Shown: piece after piece, positions 11,166 through 20,023 of the stretch
How the letters are laid out: every line of letters starts with the position of its first letter
Numbering within the stretch: position 1 is the stretch's first letter
Source of the DNA: Gammaproteobacteria bacterium
GTDB taxonomy: Bacteria; Pseudomonadota; Gammaproteobacteria; UBA4575
Assembly: GCA_965222615.1 (NCBI GenBank)
Contig: CBDCUI010000007.1
Span: 544,001 to 608,000, forward strand
Direction of reading: 5' to 3'
Length of the DNA stretch: 64,000 nt
The notes under the pieces: model-generated
Database searches by the model: none
The model's input: the letters and a program-made list of their open reading frames with translations, nothing else
What the model was told of the DNA's origin: nothing
Position numbers and translations under genes: made by a program

Positions 11166-12389
11166 TTATCCAGATCTTGTCGAAGACGCCGGTTTTGTAC
11201 ACCATTTAGCTGGATTTACCGGCTTTCCCTGTTTGCGAATTTCAAAATAAAGACCTGGACTCGCTTTACCTCCACTATTGCCAACTGTGGCGATCAAATC
11301 ACCCGCCTCCACCCATTCTCCAAGCTGCTTATAAAGGCTTTGATTGTGTCCATATAAACTCATATAGCCATCACCATGGTCAATGATAATCAGTAGCCCT
11401 AAACCACGCATCCACTCTGCAAAAGCAATTCGACCATGGAAAATACTACGTACATTATTACCTTCAGAGCTTGGAATAAAAACGCCTTGCCAATTTAATT
11501 TACTACGAGCTGCATTACGTCGTTGCCCAAATTTATTACTTGGCTTACCTACTACTGGCCAATAAAGTTTACCTTGCAGTTCTCCAAAACCTTGGCCTTG
11601 ATCAATAACAGGTATATTTGCGAGTGCATCACGGATCTCATTAATCAAATCCTTAAGCTGCGCTTCATCTTTTTCAAGACTGGACAATTTCGTCTGCTCG
11701 GAGGAAACACTAGCACTTAGGTCTGTCAATACAGATTTTCTTTCACTTTGTTGCTGTTGTAATAATTGTTTTTCACCAATCAGCTTTAACTTAGCTTGTT
11801 CAGCAAGCTTTTCTTGTGCCGCAATTTCGACGTGTACATCATTTACTGAACTTAAGATTTGTGAGGCTTGCTCAATTTCACGCAATCGGGCACGGTGCAA
11901 ATAATCGTAATATACAAGGTCACGCGATAACTTAGTCGGCTCTTGTTGACTCAATAACAACTTTAATTTTTGTTGACCGCTATAGAGATATTCAGACCTG
12001 ATTTGGGAATATAAAATATCACGATGTTGTGACAGCTCGTTGAGCAACCTCTGCTTTTGCGATGCTAAGCTTTGTATTTGTGTTCGAATATTATCCAGAT
12101 TGATCTTCGTCTGTCTGAGTAGTTCATTGAGTTTACCAATAGCTTGCTCGGATTCACGCAGCTTATTTTCAAGCCGGCCTACTTCGCCACGATCCTTGGC
12201 CATCTTTTGCTGACTTTTGCGAATTTGTGTCTGAATGTTCGCCAGTTTTTTCTCGACCTCTTGTTGCGAAGGTGCTGCCACAATGCTACTAAAGCCAAAC
12301 AGTACATATAAGATACAACCCACACATAAGCCTAGTAGGGCGGTACTTATACTCAATTTTTGTACCGAAGAAGAGGCTAGTAAAAACAT
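11166..12389 (-). CDS. envC: murein hydrolase activator EnvC
   Basis: Long coiled coil plus degenerate M23 domain (IIDHGDGYMSLYGH, LYFEIR); upstream of ctpA. Confidence 0.9.
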   Translation of the reverse strand: MFLLASSSVQKLSISTALLGLCVGCILYVLFGFSSIVAAPSQQEVEKKLANIQTQIRKSQQKMAKDRGEVGRLENKLRESEQAIGKLNELLRQTKINLDNIRTQIQSLASQKQRLLNELSQHRDILYSQIRSEYLYSGQQKLKLLLSQQEPTKLSRDLVYYDYLHRARLREIEQASQILSSVNDVHVEIAAQEKLAEQAKLKLIGEKQLLQQQQSERKSVLTDLSASVSSEQTKLSSLEKDEAQLKDLINEIRDALANIPVIDQGQGFGELQGKLYWPVVGKPSNKFGQRRNAARSKLNWQGVFIPSSEGNNVRSIFHGRIAFAEWMRGLGLLIIIDHGDGYMSLYGHNQSLYKQLGEWVEAGDLIATVGNSGGKASPGLYFEIRKQGKPVNPAKWCTKPASSTRSG

Positions 12390-12440
12390 AAAAAGCTTGA
12401 TGAAATCATATAACTTATTGATTTATATGTTGTATTAATG

Positions 12441-12458
12441 TATTAGACATTTATAATA
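12441..12458. promoter_or_regulatory. putative ArsR/SqrR-type operator
   Basis: TATTA-N8-TAATA palindrome ~30 bp upstream of the ArsR gene. Confidence 0.45.
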
Positions 12459-12488
12459 TTAGCCTATACTATAGATATATAAACTAAC

Positions 12489-12848
12489 ATGGAAGTCACA
12501 TCGAACAACATATTGGACCATGACACTATGAGCATTACTGCAGAAGAACTTATTCATAAAGAAGAGGATATCGAGCAGGCATCCAGATCACTCAAGGCCA
12601 TGTCACACCCACTACGTTTAAAAATCCTGTGTGTGTTGGGGGAGCGTGAAATTAGTGTACAAGATATCGTCGACAACGTTGGTACATCGCAAAGTAATAT
12701 TTCACAACATTTAGCTATTCTACGCGACAAAGGTATTTTGGCCTCTCGCAAAGATGCAAATCGTGTGTATTATCGGGTTGGAGATGACCGTACCCTTAAG
12801 CTAATCGATATGATGCAGCAGGTTTTTTGCTCTACTCGCCATACTTAA
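12489..12848 (+). CDS. ArsR/SmtB regulator, BigR/SqrR/YgaV-like
   Basis: LKAMSHPLRLKILC, SQSNISQHLA, C-terminal VFC; two-Cys pattern of persulfide sensors. Confidence 0.88.
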   Translation: MEVTSNNILDHDTMSITAEELIHKEEDIEQASRSLKAMSHPLRLKILCVLGEREISVQDIVDNVGTSQSNISQHLAILRDKGILASRKDANRVYYRVGDDRTLKLIDMMQQVFCSTRHT

Positions 12849-12929
12849 TAAGCTATGCTCTCGCTCATGGCATGTTAAATATGCCGGTATTCGATTGAAT
12901 ATAGCAATTCAGTTTAAAAAACTTCATAG

Positions 12930-13355
12930 ATGGAAGAATACATAAATTTCGCCAGTAAACACTATTGGCTGTTTGTAGCCTTAGGGGCTGTAATCACACT
13001 GATTATTGTTACTGAAGTACGTCGCTTTACACGAGGATATAAAGAAGTATCACCTAATGACGCTGTTCTCCTCATCAATAAAGAAGATGCATTAGTTCTA
13101 GATGTACGTGAACCAAGCGAACTCGCACAAGGCACTATAATTGGTGCCAAACATGTAGCTTTAAGCACGCTGCCACAAAACACAGACAGTATATCAACAG
13201 ATAAAAACAAACCGATTTTGGTATTTTGCAAAATGGGAAATCGATCACCACAAGCGTGTAAGTTATTACTAAAAAACAGTTATACAAAAGTATTTGGATT
13301 AAAGGGTGGTTTAACTGCCTGGATTAATGATGAGTTACCGATAACAAAAAAGTGA
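12930..13355 (+). CDS. membrane-anchored rhodanese (YibN-like)
   Basis: N-terminal TM, LDVRE, FCKMGNRS, LKGGLTAW. Confidence 0.9.
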   Translation: MEEYINFASKHYWLFVALGAVITLIIVTEVRRFTRGYKEVSPNDAVLLINKEDALVLDVREPSELAQGTIIGAKHVALSTLPQNTDSISTDKNKPILVFCKMGNRSPQACKLLLKNSYTKVFGLKGGLTAWINDELPITKK

Positions 13356-13362
13356 GCAGTTA

Positions 13363-13623
13363 ATGAGTAAAGTTACTATTACAATTTACACCGGCAATCG
13401 CTGCGCATATTGCAATGCTGCAAAGCGCTTGTTCGATAATAAAAATGCAACCTATGTTGAAGTAAATGTTGATGAAGACCCCGCTTTACGTGAAGAGATG
13501 GTTACACGTACACAACGTCGAACTGTTCCACAAATTATTATTGGTGATGTTCACGTAGGAGGCTTTGATGATCTCTCTGAGCTTAATCATGAGGGTAAAT
13601 TGGACGAGATGTTAATGTTATAA
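13363..13623 (+). CDS. grxC: glutaredoxin 3
   Basis: CAYC, RTVPQI, GGFDDL; context. Confidence 0.92.
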   Translation: MSKVTITIYTGNRCAYCNAAKRLFDNKNATYVEVNVDEDPALREEMVTRTQRRTVPQIIIGDVHVGGFDDLSELNHEGKLDEMLML

Positions 13624-13635
13624 TGAGTATAAAGC

Positions 13636-13660
13636 TAAGGAAGCTCTGATTTATTCTGAT
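13636..13660 (+). repeat. solo MITE terminal inverted repeat
   Basis: TAAGGAAGCTCTGATTTATTCTGAT; 22/25 match to the reverse complement of 49782-49806. Confidence 0.6.
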
Positions 13661-13704
13661 ATGTCCCAAAAAAGATAAATTAGCAATGATTTCTCAAAAT
13701 ACTT

Positions 13705-14166
13705 ATGTCTGAAGAAGAACAAAAATTTGAGATCCAAAAAATCTACGTGAAAGATATTTCTTTTGAAACTCCCAACTCCCCAAAAATATTTACCACAAAG
13801 TGGAATCCAAAGACCGACGTCCACATTCAAACTGAAAATTCCAAACTTGATAACGACATATTCGAAGTCTGCATAACGATAACGGTAACCGCGACACAGG
13901 AAGAAACTACTGCTTTTTTAGTTGAAGTAAAACAAGCGGGAATTTTTCTATTACAAAATTTTAAGAACGATCAACATGGCCAATTGCTTGGTAGTTATTG
14001 CCCCAATATATTATTTCCTTTTGCTCGTGAGGCGATTGCGGAGTTGATTGCAAAAGGTGGTTTCCCGCAGTTGCTATTGAATCCAGTTAACTTTGATGTC
14101 TTGTATCAACAGCATCAAGAAGCATTAAAAGAACAAAAGTCAAACCCCGATCAAATAAAGCACTAA
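13705..14166 (+). CDS. secB: protein export chaperone SecB
   Basis: IQKIYVKDISFETPN, CPNILFPFARE, GGFPQL. Confidence 0.97.
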   Translation: MSEEEQKFEIQKIYVKDISFETPNSPKIFTTKWNPKTDVHIQTENSKLDNDIFEVCITITVTATQEETTAFLVEVKQAGIFLLQNFKNDQHGQLLGSYCPNILFPFAREAIAELIAKGGFPQLLLNPVNFDVLYQQHQEALKEQKSNPDQIKH

Positions 14167-14219
14167 ACCCATATATTGCACGAGAGCGCTACTTAAGCAT
14201 CTATAAAGAATTAATAAAA

Positions 14220-15215
14220 ATGACTACTGTAGCGGTATTAGGAGCTGGATCATGGGGCACAGCGCTTGCTATCCAACTTTCTCGCAATGACCATGATGTA
14301 AAAGTGTGGGACTGCGATTCGGAGTTAATCAATTCCATGCAAAGCCAAAAACGTAATCTCCGTTACCTTCCTGATAACCCACTTCCTGATCTATTACTAC
14401 CACAACAAGATTTAGCATCTACATTAAAAAATGCAGATTTTATTTTAGCCGTAATACCAAGCTACGCCATGCGGACTGTTTGTGAACAGCTTACACAACA
14501 AAACTTTATATCAAAATTTGTGTGGGCTACCAAAGGATTCGAAAAACAAAGCAGGCTAATGATGCATCAAGTTATCACCGAAGTACTTGGTGATGAGTTA
14601 CAAACAGCTGTTATTTCAGGACCTTCTTTTGCAAAAGAAGTTGCTAATAATCTACCTACTGCAGTAACACTTGCATCAAAAAATTTAACTTTTGCAAAAG
14701 AAGTAGCTGGATATTTCCATAGTGATAATTTCCGCGTCTATATAAGTGACGATGTGATTGGTGTTGAGTTAGGTGGCACTATAAAGAATGTGCTTGCCAT
14801 CGCTGCTGGTATTGCCGACGGGCTTGGTTTTGGTGCCAATGCCCGCGCCGCTTTGATTACCAGAGGCCTTGCAGAAATGATGCGCTTAGGGAAAACACTT
14901 GGGGCAAATCCAAAAACGCTGATGGGGTTAGCCGGCATGGGCGATTTAGTCCTCACTTGTACGGATGATCAATCTCGCAATCGTCGTCTTGGCCTGGCAT
15001 TGGCTAACGGCAAAACTGCACAACAATATATGGAAGAAGTAGGTCAAGCGGTTGAAGGCTTTCATGCCGCACAAGTAATACACGAAATTGCTAAAAACAA
15101 TCAAACCGAAATGCCAATCTGTGAGCAAGTATGGCATGTGCTAAATGGTAAGTTAGATCTTAAAGTTGCAATATCAGAATTGCTTGGGCGTGATATGAAA
15201 GAAGAGTTTATTTAA
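14220..15215 (+). CDS. gpsA: NAD(P)H-dependent glycerol-3-phosphate dehydrogenase
   Basis: GAGSWGTALA, SGPSFAKEV, GDLVLTCTDDQSRN. Confidence 0.97.
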   Translation: MTTVAVLGAGSWGTALAIQLSRNDHDVKVWDCDSELINSMQSQKRNLRYLPDNPLPDLLLPQQDLASTLKNADFILAVIPSYAMRTVCEQLTQQNFISKFVWATKGFEKQSRLMMHQVITEVLGDELQTAVISGPSFAKEVANNLPTAVTLASKNLTFAKEVAGYFHSDNFRVYISDDVIGVELGGTIKNVLAIAAGIADGLGFGANARAALITRGLAEMMRLGKTLGANPKTLMGLAGMGDLVLTCTDDQSRNRRLGLALANGKTAQQYMEEVGQAVEGFHAAQVIHEIAKNNQTEMPICEQVWHVLNGKLDLKVAISELLGRDMKEEFI

Positions 15216-15312
15216 TAGCTAAAATTTCTTATTTCTTGTTGGTTTAGTTTTTTGATCTTGAATTGATTACGTCATCTTTGACGTAACTCTCACTTATACC
15301 TCCATATACTCG

Positions 15313-15853
15313 CTGGATTGCTTCACTCCGTTCGCAATGACAACTGGGGCAAACTGCTTGGTACACAAGTGAAACAAAATACCTCATATAGACAATAATT
15401 AATTAATGTGCTGATGTCATGTCATTTTTAGTTTATTTTTCTTTATTAATAATAAACCTAAAACTATAAAATATCTTGGTACAAATCATCCCAGTTGGGA
15501 TTATTTTTCTCTATTAGGTTTAATTTTTTCTTTCTTGAACCTGCTTTTATTTGCTTTTCTCTAAGAATTGCTGAGTTTATGTTTTCATGCACTTCATACC
15601 AAACAAGAATGTGCACGTTATATTTTTTGGTAAACCCATCAACTAAGTTATGTTTATGTTCATACACACGTTTTACTAAGTTGCTTGTAACACCTACATA
15701 TAGTGTCCCATTTCGTTTGCTTGCAAGTATATATACACAAAACTGCAAAGAGTTATTCATGTATCTAAAGGTTATATTGTCATTGCGAACGAAGTTAAGC
15801 AGTCCAATAAATAACTATGGTATAGTCATTGCGAGTGAAACGAAGCAATCCAG
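15313..15853. repeat. three 29-bp GTCA-tagged repeats flanking the GIY-YIG gene
   Basis: 15313-15341 (minus GTCATTGCGAACGGAGTGAAGCAATCCAG), 15779-15807 (GTCATTGCGAACGAAGTTAAGCAGTCCAA), 15825-15853 (GTCATTGCGAGTGAAACGAAGCAATCCAG). Confidence 0.8.
15464..15760 (-). CDS. small GIY-YIG nuclease (UPF0213-like)
   Basis: VYILASKRNGTLYVGVTSNLVKRVYEH, AILREKQIK, NPNWDDL. Confidence 0.92.
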   Translation of the reverse strand: MNNSLQFCVYILASKRNGTLYVGVTSNLVKRVYEHKHNLVDGFTKKYNVHILVWYEVHENINSAILREKQIKAGSRKKKLNLIEKNNPNWDDLYQDIL

Positions 15854-15859
15854 TCATCA

Positions 15860-16315
15860 TTATCGAAAATTATTTTGACGCCAAGCTTCATACAAAATTA
15901 TCCCGACAGCATTGGCAAGATTAATACTACGGGATTCTTCACGCATCGGAATGCGAATAATGTGTTGTGAATCATATTGTTCAAGTATTGATGTTGGTAA
16001 GCCACGTGTCTCAGGACCAAAGATAAAAATATCTCCTGGCTGATAGCTTGGAATATGGTAATTTGTGCGTCCTTTAGTAGAACATGCGAAAATCCGTTGT
16101 GGCGATAGTTGGTCTAACATTGCTTGATAGCTTTGGTGTTCAGTAATTTGTGTCCATTCTTGGTAATCAAGCCCGGCTCGACGTAATTTTTTTTCATCTA
16201 AAGCAAAACCCAAAGGATGAATTAAATGTAAATGACAGCCCATGTTTGCACATAGGCGTATGATGTTACCGGTATTGGGTGGAATTTCAGGTTCAAATAA
16301 AACAACGTGAAACAT
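15860..16315 (-). CDS. trmL: tRNA (cytidine/uridine-34 2'-O)-methyltransferase
   Basis: EPEIPPNTGN, RRAGLDY, FGPETRGLP, RSINLAN. Confidence 0.95.
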   Translation of the reverse strand: MFHVVLFEPEIPPNTGNIIRLCANMGCHLHLIHPLGFALDEKKLRRAGLDYQEWTQITEHQSYQAMLDQLSPQRIFACSTKGRTNYHIPSYQPGDIFIFGPETRGLPTSILEQYDSQHIIRIPMREESRSINLANAVGIILYEAWRQNNFR

Positions 16316-16338
16316 GCTTAAAATATGAGCATTAAAAA

Positions 16339-17292
16339 ATGAACAACGATAAACTTAAACTTGAGTTTTGCGGTTTAAAGCTTTCTACACCACTCGTATT
16401 GCTTTCCGGATGTGTAGGCTTTGGAGAAGAATATACCCGTATTGAGGGATTCTCCAATCAAGATGTAGGTGCAGTATGTTTAAAAGGCACAACGTTAAAA
16501 CCCCGCTTGGGTAATGCCCCGCATCGTCTCGCAGAAACACCCGATGGCATGCTCAATGCAATTGGCTTACAAAATCCTGGTGTGGATTATGTTGTCAATG
16601 ACATTTTACCGAAATTGGATTTCACCGAGACACGATTCATTGCCAATGTAGCTGGTTCCACTATTGAAGAATATGCCGAAGTCACGCGTAAGTTTAATGA
16701 CTCCCCTATCGATGCCATTGAAATCAATATCTCCTGTCCTAATGTAAGAGAAGGCGGTGTAGTATTTGGCAACGATCCACAAATGTCAGCACGTGTAGTC
16801 GAAGCCTGTCGTGCAGTGACCAAAAAGCCGTTGATTACAAAACTATCCCCAAATCAAACAGACATTCAGCTCAACGCAAAACTTTGCCTTGAAGCAGGCA
16901 GTGATGCCTTTGCTGTAATCAACACCGTAATGGGCATGGCCATCGATATCGAAACCAAACAACCAATTGTTCACAATAATCAAGGCGGCTTATCCGGTCC
17001 TGCTATTAAACCTATTGCATTATTAAAAGTGCATGAAGTACATCAAGTGTGTAAGCCACATGATATTCCCATCATCGGCCAAGGCGGTGTGGTTAATGCA
17101 AAAGACGCCATCGAATTTTTCATCGCCGGTGCAACTGCTATCGGTGTTGGCACTGGGTTATTCTATAATCCATTGTGCTGCCAAAAAATTAACCACGGTA
17201 TTCTCGATTACTTAGAAAAAAATCATCACAAGCATATTAGTGAAATTATTGGCAGTTTAATTGTTCACTCAGACTCAACCAGTTATGTGTAA
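16339..17292 (+). CDS. pyrD: dihydroorotate dehydrogenase, family 1 catalytic subunit
   Basis: NAIGLQNPG, EINISCPN, KLSPN, GGLSGPAIKP. Confidence 0.92.
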   Translation: MNNDKLKLEFCGLKLSTPLVLLSGCVGFGEEYTRIEGFSNQDVGAVCLKGTTLKPRLGNAPHRLAETPDGMLNAIGLQNPGVDYVVNDILPKLDFTETRFIANVAGSTIEEYAEVTRKFNDSPIDAIEINISCPNVREGGVVFGNDPQMSARVVEACRAVTKKPLITKLSPNQTDIQLNAKLCLEAGSDAFAVINTVMGMAIDIETKQPIVHNNQGGLSGPAIKPIALLKVHEVHQVCKPHDIPIIGQGGVVNAKDAIEFFIAGATAIGVGTGLFYNPLCCQKINHGILDYLEKNHHKHISEIIGSLIVHSDSTSYV

Positions 17293-17400
17293 TTAATTAT
17301 TCGCCACACCATTCTGTCTATTTCTTTCAGCACGCTTCAATATGATGCCCTCCCCAAACCTCGAAGGATGGAGCTGCAAAAACATGTAAAAGAAATCTTC

Positions 17401-18273
17401 TTAGAACTCGTATTCCAAACTCCATTTAAGTGTCGTGTCAGGTGTATTATTGTTTAAGCCAATAAATAAACCTAAACCAAGGCTAAGAACTTCAGGGTCT
17501 TCATCTTCACCAATCACGTGATTAAAATATGCGATAGGCCCCAGACGATGTAAATTATGATCACCAAATAATTCAGCTTCTTCGCTTGGATTGCCTGTAT
17601 TACCTAACCGATCAATTGTGCCATATGCCTCTAAAGCAAAATCCCACTTGTCCGATTTTGCATAACTGATTTGCAAGGCATAAGTAAAATCCAATTTATC
17701 GTCTTTTTCATCACCGTTAAAAAATTGGACTAGGGCAGGATTAAAAACTATTGAATACTTACCAAACTGTGATTCCACTATTGGTCCCAAAACAAATGAA
17801 TCTGCTTCAGAACGGTCACGTATGAACTGATATTCAGCAAGAATTCCCCAACCAACCCCATAGTCTTCTACAGGTACAATTACAGCGACCCCTTCGAGTG
17901 CTATTTCTTCTAACTTCAATGACTCAAAGTCATTACGCTCAGAAAACAATAAAGGATCTTCTACACGCTCTTGTTCAAATTCAATTCCAAAGCGAGTACG
18001 AAGCCATTCTAATATGCCCACTTCAATTTCTAATGCATAGCGTTGACGTACAACGGTGTTTTCATCGAATTCAAATTCACCGGGTTCTTCTTCAACGAAT
18101 TCACGTTTAGGCTGTCCCCATGAGTAAGCATTTTGACTTTGAAATTCCCATTGCCCAACTTCAACTTCTAGGTCCTTTACTTCAAATTGGTTGATGGCTG
18201 GACCGCCTGCTTGGCAAATAGCCGAATAAAAAGCAAAACCTAAAAATAAGGCATTTCTAAACCAGCAACACAA
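17401..18273 (-). CDS. putative outer-membrane beta-barrel protein
   Basis: Signal peptide, alternating amphipathic strands, C-terminal LEYEF; RBS AAGGAG. Confidence 0.6.
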   Translation of the reverse strand: MCCWFRNALFLGFAFYSAICQAGGPAINQFEVKDLEVEVGQWEFQSQNAYSWGQPKREFVEEEPGEFEFDENTVVRQRYALEIEVGILEWLRTRFGIEFEQERVEDPLLFSERNDFESLKLEEIALEGVAVIVPVEDYGVGWGILAEYQFIRDRSEADSFVLGPIVESQFGKYSIVFNPALVQFFNGDEKDDKLDFTYALQISYAKSDKWDFALEAYGTIDRLGNTGNPSEEAELFGDHNLHRLGPIAYFNHVIGEDEDPEVLSLGLGLFIGLNNNTPDTTLKWSLEYEF

Positions 18274-18543
18274 AGAAACTCCTTGAATATGATTATTGTT
18301 TACTTTTTAAAAGTGGGTAGGGGATATAGTACGTGCATCCAAATCTAATAATACCAAAACTGAGAAATAGAAAACTTTAGACATTGCGACATATTTTGGA
18401 AGTATATCTATTCTTACTGAATAATTTTGACATACTCCAAGCCAAATACAATACTCGCGAATGAAAAACTAGTAGAAAACTAAAAACGAGCGGAACAATT
18501 TGAATTGAAAACACCCATAACTATTTCGCTACTTTAGAAAAAG

Positions 18544-18635
18544 TTATGTTTGAAACAACCCCAACTCTTGAATCTTTCTGGTTAAGGTATTTCTGCCCCA
18601 ACCTAAAAGTTTAGCTGCCTCTTGGCGTTTTCCTC
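18544..18635 (-). repeat. duplicated 3' end of ntrC (att-like direct repeat)
   Basis: 18550-18615 is identical to 20030-20095 (66 bp); similarity continues to ~18635; encodes ..KRQEAAKLLGWGRNTLTRKIQELGLFQT*. Confidence 0.9.
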
Positions 18636-18712
18636 AGCCTTGTACATCGCCGTGGTGTTCTTTTATTCTATAACACAGGTCAATTCTCTTTATTCTTTAG
18701 TGAAAACAATTT

Positions 18713-19331
18713 TTATGGTTGTTTATAGCCAACAAAATTAAACAAAGGCAGATAGTCACCGTTATCTGCTGCTCGAAGAGCATCGATATATTGTCGCCTG
18801 ATATCGTTTTCAGATTTAAGTGCGTCTTCACCACCCCATTCTATGGAATCAGTTTTGAATATTTTTGTCAGTAGCGCATCTGCCATGATACGCGCATGAC
18901 GACCGTTCCCATTTGGAAACAGATGGATATAAACCAGTCTATGGTGAAAACGCATAGCTATTTCTATATGGAGGATATATTTTTTTTTCAATCCAATATT
19001 GAACATCATCTAAAAGTAATCTTAACTGAGTACTTATCTGTAACGGATCTACTCCAATATTCTTTTCTGTTGTTCTGTAGATTCCTGCCCATTCCCAAAC
19101 TTCACCAAATAGTTTCATATGTAATTTTCTAGCAAATGCATCAGTTAGCATATCGGGGGTTTTTTGCTTATCCAGCCAAATTAAACCTTCTGCAATATTG
19201 GCACTTTCTAAATGATCCAGTTCACCGCGTGTTGTGATATGCGGGTGTTTAAGTCCCTCATTTTCATCTGGATCTAGTGGGGTTGCTCCATACGGAAGTT
19301 TATCTAAATCATCGACCATTATTTGTCCCAC
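18713..19331 (-). pseudogene. mobile mystery protein B (Fic-like), frameshifted
   Basis: N-half GATPLDPDE..WAGIYRTTEKNIG and C-half RFHHRLVYIHLFPNGNGRHAR lie in different frames; the break is at or next to an A9 run (18980-18988). Confidence 0.85.
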
Positions 19332-19783
19332 AGAGAAGATAAGTCATTTTTGAGGATATCTTCTGCGATACGATTTACTTCAAACTCAAGCTGTTCTTTT
19401 GTGAGTGATTGGGCTTCCAATGCCATTTGTAAATCTGTTTTTTTTACAACTTCTTTTGCTTTTTTAATCGCCCTGTTTTTTAGAATATCTCCAACAGAGC
19501 CATCTTTTGGAATCACTGCATAGACAAAACGACATTCCATAGCCTCAGCTATCTGCTGCATATTTTTTATCGATACCGCACCCGACTGCTCGGCAAGCTC
19601 GGTTTTGGATATATTTGCACGTGTGACTTGCATTCTTTTAGCCAGCTGCGCTCCAGACATGCCCAACGCATTTCTGGCAGTACGTAACCATCCTTCCGGG
19701 GGAATATGTAAATCCTTAACTTGCGCATATGCCTTATCAATAATGGACTGATACTGTTTTAATACGACTTCTTTAATACTCAT
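19319..19783 (-). CDS. mobile mystery protein A (XRE-family HTH)
   Basis: PPEGWLRTARNALGMSGAQLAKR, C.FVYA, QMALEAQ, LWD; overlaps the protein B start. Confidence 0.88.
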   Translation of the reverse strand: MSIKEVVLKQYQSIIDKAYAQVKDLHIPPEGWLRTARNALGMSGAQLAKRMQVTRANISKTELAEQSGAVSIKNMQQIAEAMECRFVYAVIPKDGSVGDILKNRAIKKAKEVVKKTDLQMALEAQSLTKEQLEFEVNRIAEDILKNDLSSLWDK

Positions 19784-19785
19784 AC

Positions 19786-19868
19786 GTATACCTATAGGTT
19801 GACGCTATAATCTTATTTGTCAACTTATTAGTATACAGTAATAATGGGAATGTCAACTAAAAAGTTGA
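19786..19868. promoter_or_regulatory. three operator-like palindromes at 33-bp spacing
   Basis: GTATAC-N6-GTTGAC (19786), GTCAAC-N6-GTATAC (19819), GTCAAC-N5-GTTGAC (19852). Confidence 0.65.
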
Positions 19869-20023
19869 CATTTTTTAACACTTAGGGAACACAGCTTTTA
19901 GGGGAGAAGGTCACACTCAAAAGTTATTACAGTAAGTACCAGGAAGGTGAATGGAAGAAAACACATACCATCTATCCCCCGGCCCCGTTGCAATCCGATC
20001 AAGTTTGGTAGAGTAAATTCCCC

